A stretch of DNA of 64,000 nucleotides from the IMG/VR virus record IMGVR_UViG_3300029288_002061, positions 42,040 to 106,039 of that record; one strand, 5' to 3'. The number at the start of each line of letters is the position of its first letter. Position 1 is the first letter of the stretch. A program made the position numbers and the translations under genes. Below, in pieces: positions 28,410 to 38,079 of the stretch. The stretch comes from a virus. Lineage: Duplodnaviria > Caudoviricetes. Under the pieces are notes generated by a model. That model did not search any database. It was not told the origin of the DNA and saw nothing but the letters and a program-made list of their open reading frames with translations.

Positions 28410-31198
28410 TACTTTTTCGCCTTGTTACGCTTCTTGAGTTCCGCCGCTACGTCTTCAATAATCGCTTGCGGCGCGCCAGCCGGGAGAACATTCTTCTTTT
28501 GCATGGCGAGTTGGCGGATAGCTTCAAGACCGCTTTCATCGTAGGATTCGTACTTATCCTTGCCGTTGAAGAGACTATTCAGGGCTTGGACGTTTACCCC
28601 ATCCGCGCCTTTCTTTCCACCTTCGGCCTTGGGAGCTTTGGGAGCCTTTTCAGCTTTGGGAGCCTTGTCTTCTTTACCGGCTTCGTCCTTCTTAGGCTCT
28701 TTCGGAGCTGAAGCTTTCGGGGCTTCTGCCTTCGGAGCTTCCGATTTCTTAGATTCGGCTTTTGCCGCTTCGGGCCATTTGCCCGTACTGTAGAAGTCGG
28801 CGAGCTTAGAACCAAGGTCCGGGACGCTATAGATAGCTTTTTCATCACCAGCAATAGCATCTGGGTAAGAGCTTTCAAGATGCTTCGCGAGCGTCTTGAG
28901 CTGATCCAGACTGTCCGCGTTCCGCAATCCGAAAGACTTCATGCTACCAGCGTGAACAAGAGCCATCCTGTCGCCCATATCACGGATATAGAGGTTATTT
29001 GACAGCTTGTATCCCGGCCCTTCCACTACAGTATTCCCGCCGCCGTGCTTGTCATTGACAAACTTGAGCGTCTGCTTCTTATTTGGGTTTACAGGAACCG
29101 AATCATTATGGGCCTTTGCCATGTCGATAGCTTCGCCGCGTGCCTTAACCGGAACCGCTTTTGCGGCTTCAGGAGCATCTTCTTTCGGAGCATCTTCCTT
29201 ATTATCGGCTTTAGGTGCTTCTGGCTTCTTGGCCGGGGCCGCTTCAGGACTTACCTTGGGCGCATTCTCATTCTTCTTAGCTGGCTTGGCTTCAGCCTTG
29301 ACACCCTTCTTCTTCTGGCGTTCCAGCTTACGGGCCTGAATAGCCGCCTTAAGAGCGTCACGCTGGGCCTTGGACTTCCCAAGATACTTGAGATAACGTT
29401 CTTTCCGCTGGGCCGGTGTCATCGCCATAAGCTCTTGATGCAGGGCGTAGAACATATTGGCCTGATCGTGGAACCCAAGAGCTTCGTATTGCTGAGAACG
29501 GCTAAGAGCTTTCATCGGGTTATTCATCTGATCCGCGATGTGCTGCGCACGTTCGATCATCTTTGCCTTGACTTTCTCTTCCGAGAACCCGGCTTTAATG
29601 TCCTTCTCACGCCACTTTGCGGCTTGGTGGCCCACAAATACGTCGATTCCAGAACGAATGTCGGGGGCCGCGCCTTCACCGGCTGTAAAGAACGGCTTGT
29701 TAATCAGGTTACGCTTCTTGGACTCCCGCATGGCGTCTTCCGACATAACGTGGGCAATCGCGGCCCAGAATTGCTTCTGAGTCGGGGTGACATCATCACG
29801 AAGAGCGCGGCTAAGATATGCCTTGCCGATATGCGCGAGTGCGGCAACCTGTTCATTCTGGGCTTTAAAAGCTGGGTTATTAAGGATTTCCGGCGGGAAC
29901 CGACCAACCTTGAGATAGTTGACGCGCTGGATACGGGCATGTGCCTTCTCAAGAATACTTTCAATTCCCTTCTTACCCTTGGCAAACTGCGCCATAATAG
30001 CTTGCACCCGCTGTTGTGCTTCTTCAGGTAGCTTTCCATAGGATTCTGCCGGATCAATAGCCTTTACCTTGCCTTCAGCTACATTCTTGGCGTGCTGAGC
30101 TTTAGCACCTTCCGCAAAATGGGAGAACGTATCACCCTCACGATACGGAATGGGCTTCCCGCCTTCGGGGTCAGTCATCCACCAAGAACCGTCCTTGCGC
30201 TGCCACTTCCAGCTTTTCTCTAAACCGTTACCGCCCTTGGACTTCTGCATAGTCGCAGCGACCAAGTAGCTGTAATATTCGATTTCGTCCATATCCAGAC
30301 CGGCGTCGAGCATGTCAAGGATAAACTGATCCATGAGTTCATCCAGCTCTTCTTGGTCTATGTCACCAGTGTCTTCCGATTCGGGTTCATTGGCTTTTCT
30401 GAGCCACGTTCCGCCAAGAGCGAGACGGGCAATATCTTTCAGCCCCTTGGTCATATTGACGTTACCGCTCAGGGCTTCCACTTGGTCACGAAGGATACCC
30501 GCCGCAGTTGTAAGACCTTCCAGCTCAAAGTGAGCAGCACGGATAGCAGCCCGACGCGGGTTATTACAGGCGCGGGCGATTTGCTGCATCCGGTCAAGGT
30601 GGTTCTTCCATACGTCTTCGTCGGGAAGTCCGGAATCCTGATCGTGCTTGATACGTTCCCATTCACGGAGGACAACGCCTTTTTCCTGTTCTCTTGTCTG
30701 GGGATCCCCGTAAATCTGGCGAATCTGGGCTTCGTCTTCCATCGACTTAGCCGCCATAGTACGCTGATTATGGTCGATTTCATCCTTTGACGGGTAGCCG
30801 TTAATCCCCTTCTGCAAACGGTTTAGGACAATTTCTTCAAGTGGCTTGTCCGTGGCTTGGACAACTTGAGTCACTTCCGGGAGGGCTTGTTTGAGGCTAT
30901 CAAGGCCGCTGGCATAGTCGGCCAGCCTGAGCATCATATTACAGGCCGGACAGGGGAAAGAGTCACCGTTGGCGGCAAACTCTTGGAATCGCGGACCCCA
31001 GACATTGGAGACTGCGCCGCAAGTCGGGCAGGGGATACCGACGATATAATTGTCCAAATCCTGCGCGCCTTCAACAGCGGGGCGAGCTGCAGGGGCTTGG
31101 TCGGTAAGACCGTTCATGGAAGCGAGAGCGTCAGCCGCGCCGACCGACATATCCTTCTCTTCGCAACCCTTTACCAACTTGGAAAGACCTTCAAACAT
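28409..31198 (-). CDS. Large putative internal head/ejection protein
   Basis: 929 aa; N-terminal CxxC..CxxC; LEKSWKWQRKDGSWW; two helical repeats; KAEAPKA-rich tail. Confidence 0.65.
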   Translation of the reverse strand: MFEGLSKLVKGCEEKDMSVGAADALASMNGLTDQAPAARPAVEGAQDLDNYIVGIPCPTCGAVSNVWGPRFQEFAANGDSFPCPACNMMLRLADYASGLDSLKQALPEVTQVVQATDKPLEEIVLNRLQKGINGYPSKDEIDHNQRTMAAKSMEDEAQIRQIYGDPQTREQEKGVVLREWERIKHDQDSGLPDEDVWKNHLDRMQQIARACNNPRRAAIRAAHFELEGLTTAAGILRDQVEALSGNVNMTKGLKDIARLALGGTWLRKANEPESEDTGDIDQEELDELMDQFILDMLDAGLDMDEIEYYSYLVAATMQKSKGGNGLEKSWKWQRKDGSWWMTDPEGGKPIPYREGDTFSHFAEGAKAQHAKNVAEGKVKAIDPAESYGKLPEEAQQRVQAIMAQFAKGKKGIESILEKAHARIQRVNYLKVGRFPPEILNNPAFKAQNEQVAALAHIGKAYLSRALRDDVTPTQKQFWAAIAHVMSEDAMRESKKRNLINKPFFTAGEGAAPDIRSGIDVFVGHQAAKWREKDIKAGFSEEKVKAKMIERAQHIADQMNNPMKALSRSQQYEALGFHDQANMFYALHQELMAMTPAQRKERYLKYLGKSKAQRDALKAAIQARKLERQKKKGVKAEAKPAKKNENAPKVSPEAAPAKKPEAPKADNKEDAPKEDAPEAAKAVPVKARGEAIDMAKAHNDSVPVNPNKKQTLKFVNDKHGGGNTVVEGPGYKLSNNLYIRDMGDRMALVHAGSMKSFGLRNADSLDQLKTLAKHLESSYPDAIAGDEKAIYSVPDLGSKLADFYSTGKWPEAAKAESKKSEAPKAEAPKASAPKEPKKDEAGKEDKAPKAEKAPKAPKAEGGKKGADGVNVQALNSLFNGKDKYESYDESGLEAIRQLAMQKKNVLPAGAPQAIIEDVAAELKKRNKAKK

Positions 31199-31200
31199 GA

Positions 31201-32013
31201 TTAACTCCTATTAAAGATACCGTGAATACGCTTCGTCATATTGTCAATGTTCGCTTCGTGAAACTTCACCCGTTCCTGCAACTTCACATAGCAGTCCGAC
31301 AACTTCCGGACATACGCTCTGGCATATGAAGCATTCCCGCCATTGATCGACTTCATGGCTTTCTTCATATTTGCCCTTAATTCTATCATAACTCTTTTCC
31401 ACATTTTGACTTCCGTGTCCGGAATAATCGGAAAAACGAAGTTAAGAAGCTCATTCAGGGCAGACAGGCAAAGACCGGCTTGCATATAGAAAAGCACTTT
31501 CTGATCCGCTGATACCGCGTCGGTCAGTTTATGAAGGTCACTTGCAAAGGAGTTTGATACGGCCTTCCACCGGGAAGAGCCTGTCGGATTAAGGACAATC
31601 TCGCTCCCGTCGGGGACGGCGAAGTCCAACGCCTTAGCCAAGACTACCGCACCAAGCTCTATGCTCTTCATGGTGGGAATATCACTCCCTTGGGCATCTT
31701 CGGCTTGGTAATTTGGATCTTCATCGGATTCAGGGGATTCCGGAAGTTGTTCAAATCTATGGGTTAATGACGAAAACACCGCGTCAAGACCGTCGATGCA
31801 GGACTGAATGAGGTCTAGAACGGAAGGATTTGCCGTATCTGCCGTCTTGACATATTCAATGACATCTTTGAATGCCACGACAAGATTCTGTTTAAGGCTC
31901 TTGGGGTCGTCATCCTTGGCAGGGAGCGGAGTGGGTTGTTCCGGCTTTTGCTGTTGTGGGGGTTGTTTCGGCTGCGGGGTTCCCGCCCCGGTTGGTTGGT
32001 TCTGTGCTGACAT
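31201..32013 (-). CDS. Hypothetical protein
   Basis: RBS; P/Q-rich N-terminus. Confidence 0.6.
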   Translation of the reverse strand: MSAQNQPTGAGTPQPKQPPQQQKPEQPTPLPAKDDDPKSLKQNLVVAFKDVIEYVKTADTANPSVLDLIQSCIDGLDAVFSSLTHRFEQLPESPESDEDPNYQAEDAQGSDIPTMKSIELGAVVLAKALDFAVPDGSEIVLNPTGSSRWKAVSNSFASDLHKLTDAVSADQKVLFYMQAGLCLSALNELLNFVFPIIPDTEVKMWKRVMIELRANMKKAMKSINGGNASYARAYVRKLSDCYVKLQERVKFHEANIDNMTKRIHGIFNRS

Positions 32014-32015
32014 AG

Positions 32016-32576
32016 TTAATCCTCTACACTAATACAGAGAATACCTCTTACGGCCAATATCTGCATCTCTTGTGGTTCCGTCAATAAATCGTCCAAAAGA
32101 GCTTTTGCTACCGTCTGCATGTCTTCTGGCATATTATCATAGTCAATACTACGGCGTAATTCACCTATGGCCGATACCACGGTTTCCGGGGATAGTGTAT
32201 CCCGAAGCTTTTTGAAGTCTACCGGATATTTGTCTTTTGAGGTGTCTTTCCAATGTTTAATGATCTTTCCCGCGTCTAGCGGCGTAGTTACTCCGCGCTG
32301 TTCTTTTGCAGCGATAGCTTGCTCTATAACCGACATTTCTGTGTCTAATTCGTCAGCAAGGTAATGACACCGGGCTAGAGCAAAATACGCGGTAAGCGGA
32401 GACATCTCACATACCTCTTGATACATACCACACAGATCGAGTACATCACTGGCCTTTTCCATAAACGGAAGAACATTTAACTCTTTTAGTGTGAACAGGT
32501 TAAAGTATTCCATAACCGCCGATGATAACCCACGCGCATCCGTCAGGATTTCATTAACCGTTTCTGTATCAAACAT
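32016..32576 (-). CDS. Hypothetical protein
   Basis: Tightly packed in the operon. Confidence 0.6.
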   Translation of the reverse strand: MFDTETVNEILTDARGLSSAVMEYFNLFTLKELNVLPFMEKASDVLDLCGMYQEVCEMSPLTAYFALARCHYLADELDTEMSVIEQAIAAKEQRGVTTPLDAGKIIKHWKDTSKDKYPVDFKKLRDTLSPETVVSAIGELRRSIDYDNMPEDMQTVAKALLDDLLTEPQEMQILAVRGILCISVED

Positions 32577-32584
32577 GCTTTGTT

Positions 32585-33292
32585 CTACCTATCAATGAGT
32601 TGGTCAAGCTTATCAAAGAACCCGTCTTCAAATCCTTTTACTGCCGCGCCAAGTGCGCCATGTTCGACATCCTTGGTGCGCATTCCGCTTTGTGTCTCCC
32701 CGGCAGTCTTTACGGCGTTATCCAGACTGTTATGGAATTCCGTAACAGTGCTATCAAAGATGTGTTCCGCATCTTCTCCGAAGATTCCGGTAACAACTCT
32801 TATCAATGGGTATATAACATTTTCCGCAGAATTCCACAAGACAGCTTTTGCCGCCGCGATTTCCAGCGGAAGCTGTGTACACGCGAGTGTTTCAAAGAGC
32901 TTATGGGAAAGTGGTTCATCAAGTCCGCTTTCACTGTGCCCGTCGATTCCAAGGGTATTTCCGATATCGGTACTGGCAATGACGGTCTTGGCCGGGGATG
33001 CCAACGTATCAAGTACGCGGGCTTGCCGCTCCGGTTCCAACTCTTGAAAGCGGTTGATAGCAACGCCAAGTCCGGAAGTCGGGTTGGATTCTACAATCTT
33101 CCGCGCCTTCTCCGGGAGCTTTTTCATCTGGGATTTCGGGCTGATCTCTATGGAAGGTGTAGGGGAGCTATAGGGTTCAATGGCATGGGTCTTGGGGTTG
33201 TGCCACCATTTTGATCCATCTACCCGCGTCCAATAACTGGACTTCCGAATAAGCATGTCTGCAAACGTATGCAGTCCAAAAAGATTCTCCAC
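32585..33292 (-). CDS. Putative head-packaged protein with WxxxDGxxWW tag
   Basis: LIRKSSYWTRVDGSKWWHNP...IEPY; AAGGAG RBS with GTG start. Confidence 0.6.
   Translation of the reverse strand: MENLFGLHTFADMLIRKSSYWTRVDGSKWWHNPKTHAIEPYSSPTPSIEISPKSQMKKLPEKARKIVESNPTSGLGVAINRFQELEPERQARVLDTLASPAKTVIASTDIGNTLGIDGHSESGLDEPLSHKLFETLACTQLPLEIAAAKAVLWNSAENVIYPLIRVVTGIFGEDAEHIFDSTVTEFHNSLDNAVKTAGETQSGMRTKDVEHGALGAAVKGFEDGFFDKLDQLIDR
33258..33275. repeat. Palindrome copy 8 (in CDS, reverse orientation)
   Basis: TCTGCAAACGTATGCAGT. Confidence 0.9.
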
Positions 33293-33314
33293 TGTGTACT
33301 CCTTGCTTCAAATG

Positions 33315-33342
33315 AAAAAGGCATAGCCCGATAGGCTATGCC
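33315..33342 (-). terminator. Intrinsic terminator
   Basis: GGCATAGCC / GGCTATGCC stem followed by TTTTT on the minus strand. Confidence 0.75.
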
Positions 33343-33382
33343 AAAGATTATACCACAAAATGGGTTTTTCAATTACTTTTTA

Positions 33383-33736
33383 TTACAGCGACGGGATCTC
33401 GGACAGCCGCTTGATACCAAGACTCCAAATCTCGTGGAGCAGAATATCGTACCCCTTGGAGATTCCCGTCTCAAACGCCGCGTCCTTGAAGTTATCATAC
33501 TCCGTTGCGTCCTGAGCCAGCGCATCCGACAGTTCCAGCCAAACCACACTGGGAACCCGGATACGGGCCGCGTAGTCCGTTCCTTCATCGGTGATAATGT
33601 CATAGTCACCGAGAAGTTCCGGATATTCCGTCTTCAGCCGTTCCAAGTGTTCAACGCACCGCGCACGGATGAGCTGTTGGTTGGAATTGTGATCCCGCAC
33701 AGAGGAGAAGAAGCCAAATCGCGTAAAGAGCCACAT
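33383..33736 (-). CDS. Conserved-looking hypothetical protein
   Basis: MWLFTRFGFFSSV...IRAR...DYAAR...YDNFK; second gene of a promoter-terminator cassette. Confidence 0.6.
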   Translation of the reverse strand: MWLFTRFGFFSSVRDHNSNQQLIRARCVEHLERLKTEYPELLGDYDIITDEGTDYAARIRVPSVVWLELSDALAQDATEYDNFKDAAFETGISKGYDILLHEIWSLGIKRLSEIPSL

Positions 33737-33781
33737 CACATCACCCCGTTTCTTTTTGGTAAGTCTAAGCCGCACAACGAC

Positions 33782-34054
33782 TTAGATAAGATTCCCATCG
33801 TAATCGAAGGTCTTTCCGTCCTTTTCCTTCCCTTTGAAGAAAAACTCCGGATTCTGTCCCGGAAAGAGATCCACAAGAGACTTGTGGTTAATCCGGTTTT
33901 TCAGGATAACCGTCGGGATACCTTCCGGGAACGCCTTGCACGTCCACCCGCTAAACTTGATGTTACCTCCGACACTGATAAGGTGCTGACAGTGGAGGCA
34001 AGGGACGTGAGGCTCCATGTAATCCGACTGGGCATTTCTTTCATTCTTTTCCAT
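33782..34054 (-). CDS. Small Cys/His protein, candidate immunity or partner of the upstream effector
   Basis: CLHCQH...TCKAFPEGIP..IL...H; own sigma70-type promoter. Confidence 0.55.
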   Translation of the reverse strand: MEKNERNAQSDYMEPHVPCLHCQHLISVGGNIKFSGWTCKAFPEGIPTVILKNRINHKSLVDLFPGQNPEFFFKGKEKDGKTFDYDGNLI

Positions 34055-34085
34055 GTTTGTCTCCAAGGCTGTTGTCTACCTTTGT

Positions 34086-34114
34086 ACTATACCCTATAGA
34101 TGGGGAAAAGTCAA
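34086..34114 (-). promoter_or_regulatory. sigma70-type promoter
   Basis: TTGACT-N17-TATAGT. Confidence 0.75.
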
Positions 34115-34133
34115 GGGAAAAATCGGGAAAATG

Positions 34134-36335
34134 TCAGAACGGGTTTTCTTTCTTGTACTCCCGCAGGGCATCCGTACTTGTCGGCTTCGCCGTACCCTTA
34201 ATGAGGTTGTATATCTCTTCTTGGGAATACTGCTTCGGAGGTTCCTGATTATCCGGGAGTTTATCGAATTCCTCATCCGTAAGCTCTTCCAGAATAAGGG
34301 AGTTACCGAGAGTTGTGGCCGTGTGTCCCATAGATACGGTGGTATTGTCGGTATAACTGAAACCGACTACCCGGAATTTTGCCCCCGGCTTATACAGGAC
34401 TTCATCTTCGTACACCGAATCCGATGCCGGAGCTACATACCGGCCATGAACACCTTTGTTCTTGATGATGAAAGTCACCCCGTCTGCGGCATCAAAAGTC
34501 ATCCCCGGATGGAGGGTGCTGCTAGAAAATGCTTTCCACTCCACCTTTGACCAATTCCCGGAGGTCCAATTATCCCAGTGATCCAATAGATCTTCATAGA
34601 ATCCAACGCCGCGCATAGTCAACGCCCCGACTCTGGGGAGCTGTTCTATGGTCTTTTCCAATGCCACCGCTTCCTCGGTCCAATTACCCTTGGCAAGAGC
34701 TTCGTTGATCTGGAAGTAATTCCGTGGGTCATCCTCCTCTTTAAGCTTGGTAAATGCCTTAATAGCCAGACGTTCCATCGGATTCAGTTGGATTTCCTTG
34801 AATGCTTCAAACGCCGAATCGCCCGATGGGTGGTAGCCGGTTTCCTTGGCTTGCGCCCCTTCTTGGGCTACTCTGGCGACTTGCTTTCTTTGGAGCCGGT
34901 CCCGGTAGTCCATCATGGAGTCGTACCGGTTCATGAGTCGGGAAGTCAAACCCTTGGAAGCGTCATCACTGAATCCGGCTTCCGATACCAACTCATATAG
35001 CCCTGACGCCCCGATTTTCTGAATCTTCTTCTCAAAAGCATTCAAGCTCTCAATCATGGATTCGTCAGAGATTTGACCGAAATACTCAGCCGCCGTCGGG
35101 GCTATCTCAAAGTCCCGCATCGTATCCAGTTCGGTAACTTTATCTCCAAAGGCATTCCCCTTGGGAGAACCCTGTGCGCGGAACATGAGCGCCCCGCCGT
35201 TATCGAGACGTGTGACTTGCGGTATCCCGCTCTTGGTCGATACCCCGATATTGTCTTCAGTCAGCCCTACCACATCCCAGTTGGCCAGCCACGCATCCAG
35301 AACGAAGTTATGGGACAAGGCATTCTGGATTTCTGTCGTCACCATATCATCGGCATAGTCAAGAGGACTCTTATCCTCCAATGTGACTACCCCTTCGATA
35401 AACGGACTGAAAAGAGTCTTCTTGTTCTTCAATACCGCCATTTGTGACTTCGGCGCGGGGCTTGATCCTGCCGCCGGGGATTGATAAAGATTGAAGGTGT
35501 TGTAGAGAAGGTTGGCAAGAAACTCGTTCTTGACTTGGGATTCGTTCCCACGGTATTCCTTAACCACATACTTCTTGCCACCGGCCTCAGCGATATATGC
35601 CCCGGTTGACCCGCCAATGTTCTTTTTCAAGACCTTGAACGGAACCCGCTCCCCACCAAGCATGACTTCATTATCCCCCAAGGGCTGTTGCTTCGGGGGT
35701 TCCGCGTCGGGGAAGTCACCCGCGACATCCCGGAGACGTTCCATATAGACATTGGCGGCTTCCCGGAATCCTATGGCGGTAAATGCCTTGATCCGGTCAT
35801 TCAGTTCCTTGGGATCCGAAATCAACTTGGCATTCATCCGGGCGTCCTGAGACATCTTACCAAGTGCCTGTTGCTGATCCATCCCGTCTTTAAGATTTGC
35901 CGTAAGTCTTCTTAATGCGAATACTGCTCCCGATAGGGCTTTGGCCGGAACGTCTTGTAGGGTACTGACATCAATATGCTGCTCTTTAGGCTTCCCGGCT
36001 TCTTGACTGGCCTTGTCGTGGGGTTTGGGGTTGTATGGCTCGATCCGGTTACTCTCAGGGTTTCTCCACCACAGGGTACCATCGACGTGCTGCCAATACT
36101 TTCCTTTATGCACATAAATGCTCTTACTGAGGTATTTGTCACACGCCCCGTTTTCCATTAAAGCCAGCTTATCATAGTATTCGGGGTCTTCGGTCAGATG
36201 GTCCATAGCAATCTCCCGCGCTACTTGGGGATTGGTGGTATGTTCCATCTCTACTCGGATTCCCTGATTAAGAGCATTTATGTCAAAATCGGAGGGGGAT
36301 TTCCCCTGTGCAAGACCGCCCGGAATCAAATCCAT
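34134..36335 (-). CDS. Multidomain effector: DUF5661-like N-terminus, HipA/PI3K-like kinase and ADP-ribosyltransferase
   Basis: IPGGLA...GIRVEMEHT...AREIAMDHL.EDP.YY; GGSTG...YVVK...NEFLAN...DAWLANWD...RLDNGG; ART R-S-E motifs MRG...FSSST...EDEVL. Confidence 0.8.
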   Translation of the reverse strand: MDLIPGGLAQGKSPSDFDINALNQGIRVEMEHTTNPQVAREIAMDHLTEDPEYYDKLALMENGACDKYLSKSIYVHKGKYWQHVDGTLWWRNPESNRIEPYNPKPHDKASQEAGKPKEQHIDVSTLQDVPAKALSGAVFALRRLTANLKDGMDQQQALGKMSQDARMNAKLISDPKELNDRIKAFTAIGFREAANVYMERLRDVAGDFPDAEPPKQQPLGDNEVMLGGERVPFKVLKKNIGGSTGAYIAEAGGKKYVVKEYRGNESQVKNEFLANLLYNTFNLYQSPAAGSSPAPKSQMAVLKNKKTLFSPFIEGVVTLEDKSPLDYADDMVTTEIQNALSHNFVLDAWLANWDVVGLTEDNIGVSTKSGIPQVTRLDNGGALMFRAQGSPKGNAFGDKVTELDTMRDFEIAPTAAEYFGQISDESMIESLNAFEKKIQKIGASGLYELVSEAGFSDDASKGLTSRLMNRYDSMMDYRDRLQRKQVARVAQEGAQAKETGYHPSGDSAFEAFKEIQLNPMERLAIKAFTKLKEEDDPRNYFQINEALAKGNWTEEAVALEKTIEQLPRVGALTMRGVGFYEDLLDHWDNWTSGNWSKVEWKAFSSSTLHPGMTFDAADGVTFIIKNKGVHGRYVAPASDSVYEDEVLYKPGAKFRVVGFSYTDNTTVSMGHTATTLGNSLILEELTDEEFDKLPDNQEPPKQYSQEEIYNLIKGTAKPTSTDALREYKKENPF

Positions 36336-36337
36336 TG

Positions 36338-37099
36338 TTAAACCCTCTGCTTAAGAACATTTAAGTCAAAAATCTGGGGCCATTCCAGAATCTTATCCGC
36401 CCACGTTACCTGTATATATGCCCTGTGAATCCCCGGCGTCATGGCGGCAGACATAGCCGAAGGAATGGTAAACCGTACCGAACCGTCCCCTAATTCGGGC
36501 AAATCAAAGGAAATATCCGCGAAAGGAATAGTCCCCGAGGGGAGTCTGGTTAACATACAGACAAACCGCACTTCCGCGTCAGTTGCGTTCGATAGACCGA
36601 TAAACGGATCGCCCTGATTATCGTACAGGAATACATCAACGTCAAGATCATTCCCTTGGATTATAGAGAGCTTGGGAAGCCCCGTCGTTGTGGCAGAACA
36701 CCCGCCAACGGAAGACTTGACCATTGTGGTGCTGGGGATGATGACCGGATCCTGTACCTGATAATAGGCGAATACCTCTCTAGTAACGTTATCCGCGTCG
36801 GTATAAACCAGCCGCCACCGCCAAAGACCATTATCGACCATTGTTCTCCGGAAATGAGCAGAACCGCCATAAAAGGTATTACCCGGAGTTAATGAGATAT
36901 TGATGTCCGGCCAAGCAAAAACGGGAAGATAATTACCACCGTACTCCCGCTCCAAATGGACATCTAATTGAATATCCCCGGATTCTTGGGTGTTAAAGGA
37001 TATCATGACACTGACATCGGATCCCGGAGATACCACCGGAATCAGCTCATCCTGCGTCGATAACACCTTGAGCGGCATACCATAGACTGTTACATCCAT
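36338..37099 (-). CDS. Ig-like/BppU-like virion protein
   Basis: IIQGND...G.VRFTI...T...G motif; AGGAGG RBS. Confidence 0.5.
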   Translation of the reverse strand: MDVTVYGMPLKVLSTQDELIPVVSPGSDVSVMISFNTQESGDIQLDVHLEREYGGNYLPVFAWPDINISLTPGNTFYGGSAHFRRTMVDNGLWRWRLVYTDADNVTREVFAYYQVQDPVIIPSTTMVKSSVGGCSATTTGLPKLSIIQGNDLDVDVFLYDNQGDPFIGLSNATDAEVRFVCMLTRLPSGTIPFADISFDLPELGDGSVRFTIPSAMSAAMTPGIHRAYIQVTWADKILEWPQIFDLNVLKQRV

Positions 37100-37110
37100 C
37101 CGTTCCTCCT

Positions 37111-37128
37111 ACTGCATACGTTTGCAGT
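37111..37128. repeat. Palindrome copy 9 (intergenic, next to RBS)
   Basis: ACTGCATACGTTTGCAGT. Confidence 0.93.
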
Positions 37129-37132
37129 CGCC

Positions 37133-37639
37133 TTAGTTCTCTTCCTGCTTCATCAAAGACGGAACCGTGATTCCCAACCGCTTCATAATGTTATCACGTT
37201 TGTTCTTCAATTCCTCTACGTTGGCGCGGTTGATATCAATACCATCGACCACAAACGTCCCGTCAATCTTCTGGGCCGCCTTCGGTAGCATACCCGTATC
37301 CATCATGAATCTCAGCTTCCGCTCTATAATAGCATTCGCCTGACCCATGAAAGACACCTTATCCGAGTTCCTTTCGGCGGACGCATAATCCGATATAGCC
37401 AACTGGAACAAATGGTCAAACTTCGCCAAAGCATCCCCAAACTCACTATCAATGTCCAACTTCCCCACATAGGCGGCATGATCGGCGCGGATTGCTTTTA
37501 CATCCTGTGTAATAGTATTCGGATCCACTCCCAATACCTTCGCCATCATCCCCTTCTGAATCCCCCTAAGCATCAACTCCCACACCTGACGGCGGCGCGT
37601 CATTGTCTCTTCTTTACTCTTTCTTCCACGGCGGGACAT
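37133..37639 (-). CDS. Putative terminase small subunit (HTH)
   Basis: RRRQVWEL...MAKVLGVDPNTITQDVKAI HTH; first gene of the packaging/structural block. Confidence 0.65.
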   Translation of the reverse strand: MSRRGRKSKEETMTRRRQVWELMLRGIQKGMMAKVLGVDPNTITQDVKAIRADHAAYVGKLDIDSEFGDALAKFDHLFQLAISDYASAERNSDKVSFMGQANAIIERKLRFMMDTGMLPKAAQKIDGTFVVDGIDINRANVEELKNKRDNIMKRLGITVPSLMKQEEN

Positions 37640-38079
37640 GTCATAACTCCTTCTAGATTAATCTTTAAAAGCGGTCTACTTTATTATACAAAATCCCCCG
37701 CTGATAAAAATTTTCCAGAAATTTTTACCCCCTATGCCTTTTTTCATCAAAAATCCAAAATCCACTTGACAACAACCCCCTACCCCTTACGAATTTCACT
37801 TTCCTGAAAATTTGCCGTAAAACGGATGGGGGCGCAATCATACCCTAAAAAACCATTAAAAAAGTAAATAATTATCCAAGTAAAAAGACCCCCTCCCCCT
37901 CGGGATAGGCTTGGCGGGTGGGTGCTGGGGATATGTATAGAGAGGGCTATAAACGTATACATATCTAGGTGGATATACATAGGTATACCGATTTTAGTGT
38001 ATATATGGGTATATTATGGTATAAATAAGTCATTGGCCGCCGCGAACGGTGGTTAGTAGTGGTGATGAGAGGATTTAAG

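Noticed and set aside
37640-38079. tRNA or structured ncRNA in the long intergenic region
   Set aside because: No cloverleaf or convincing stems by eye; a tRNAscan or Infernal run would settle it.
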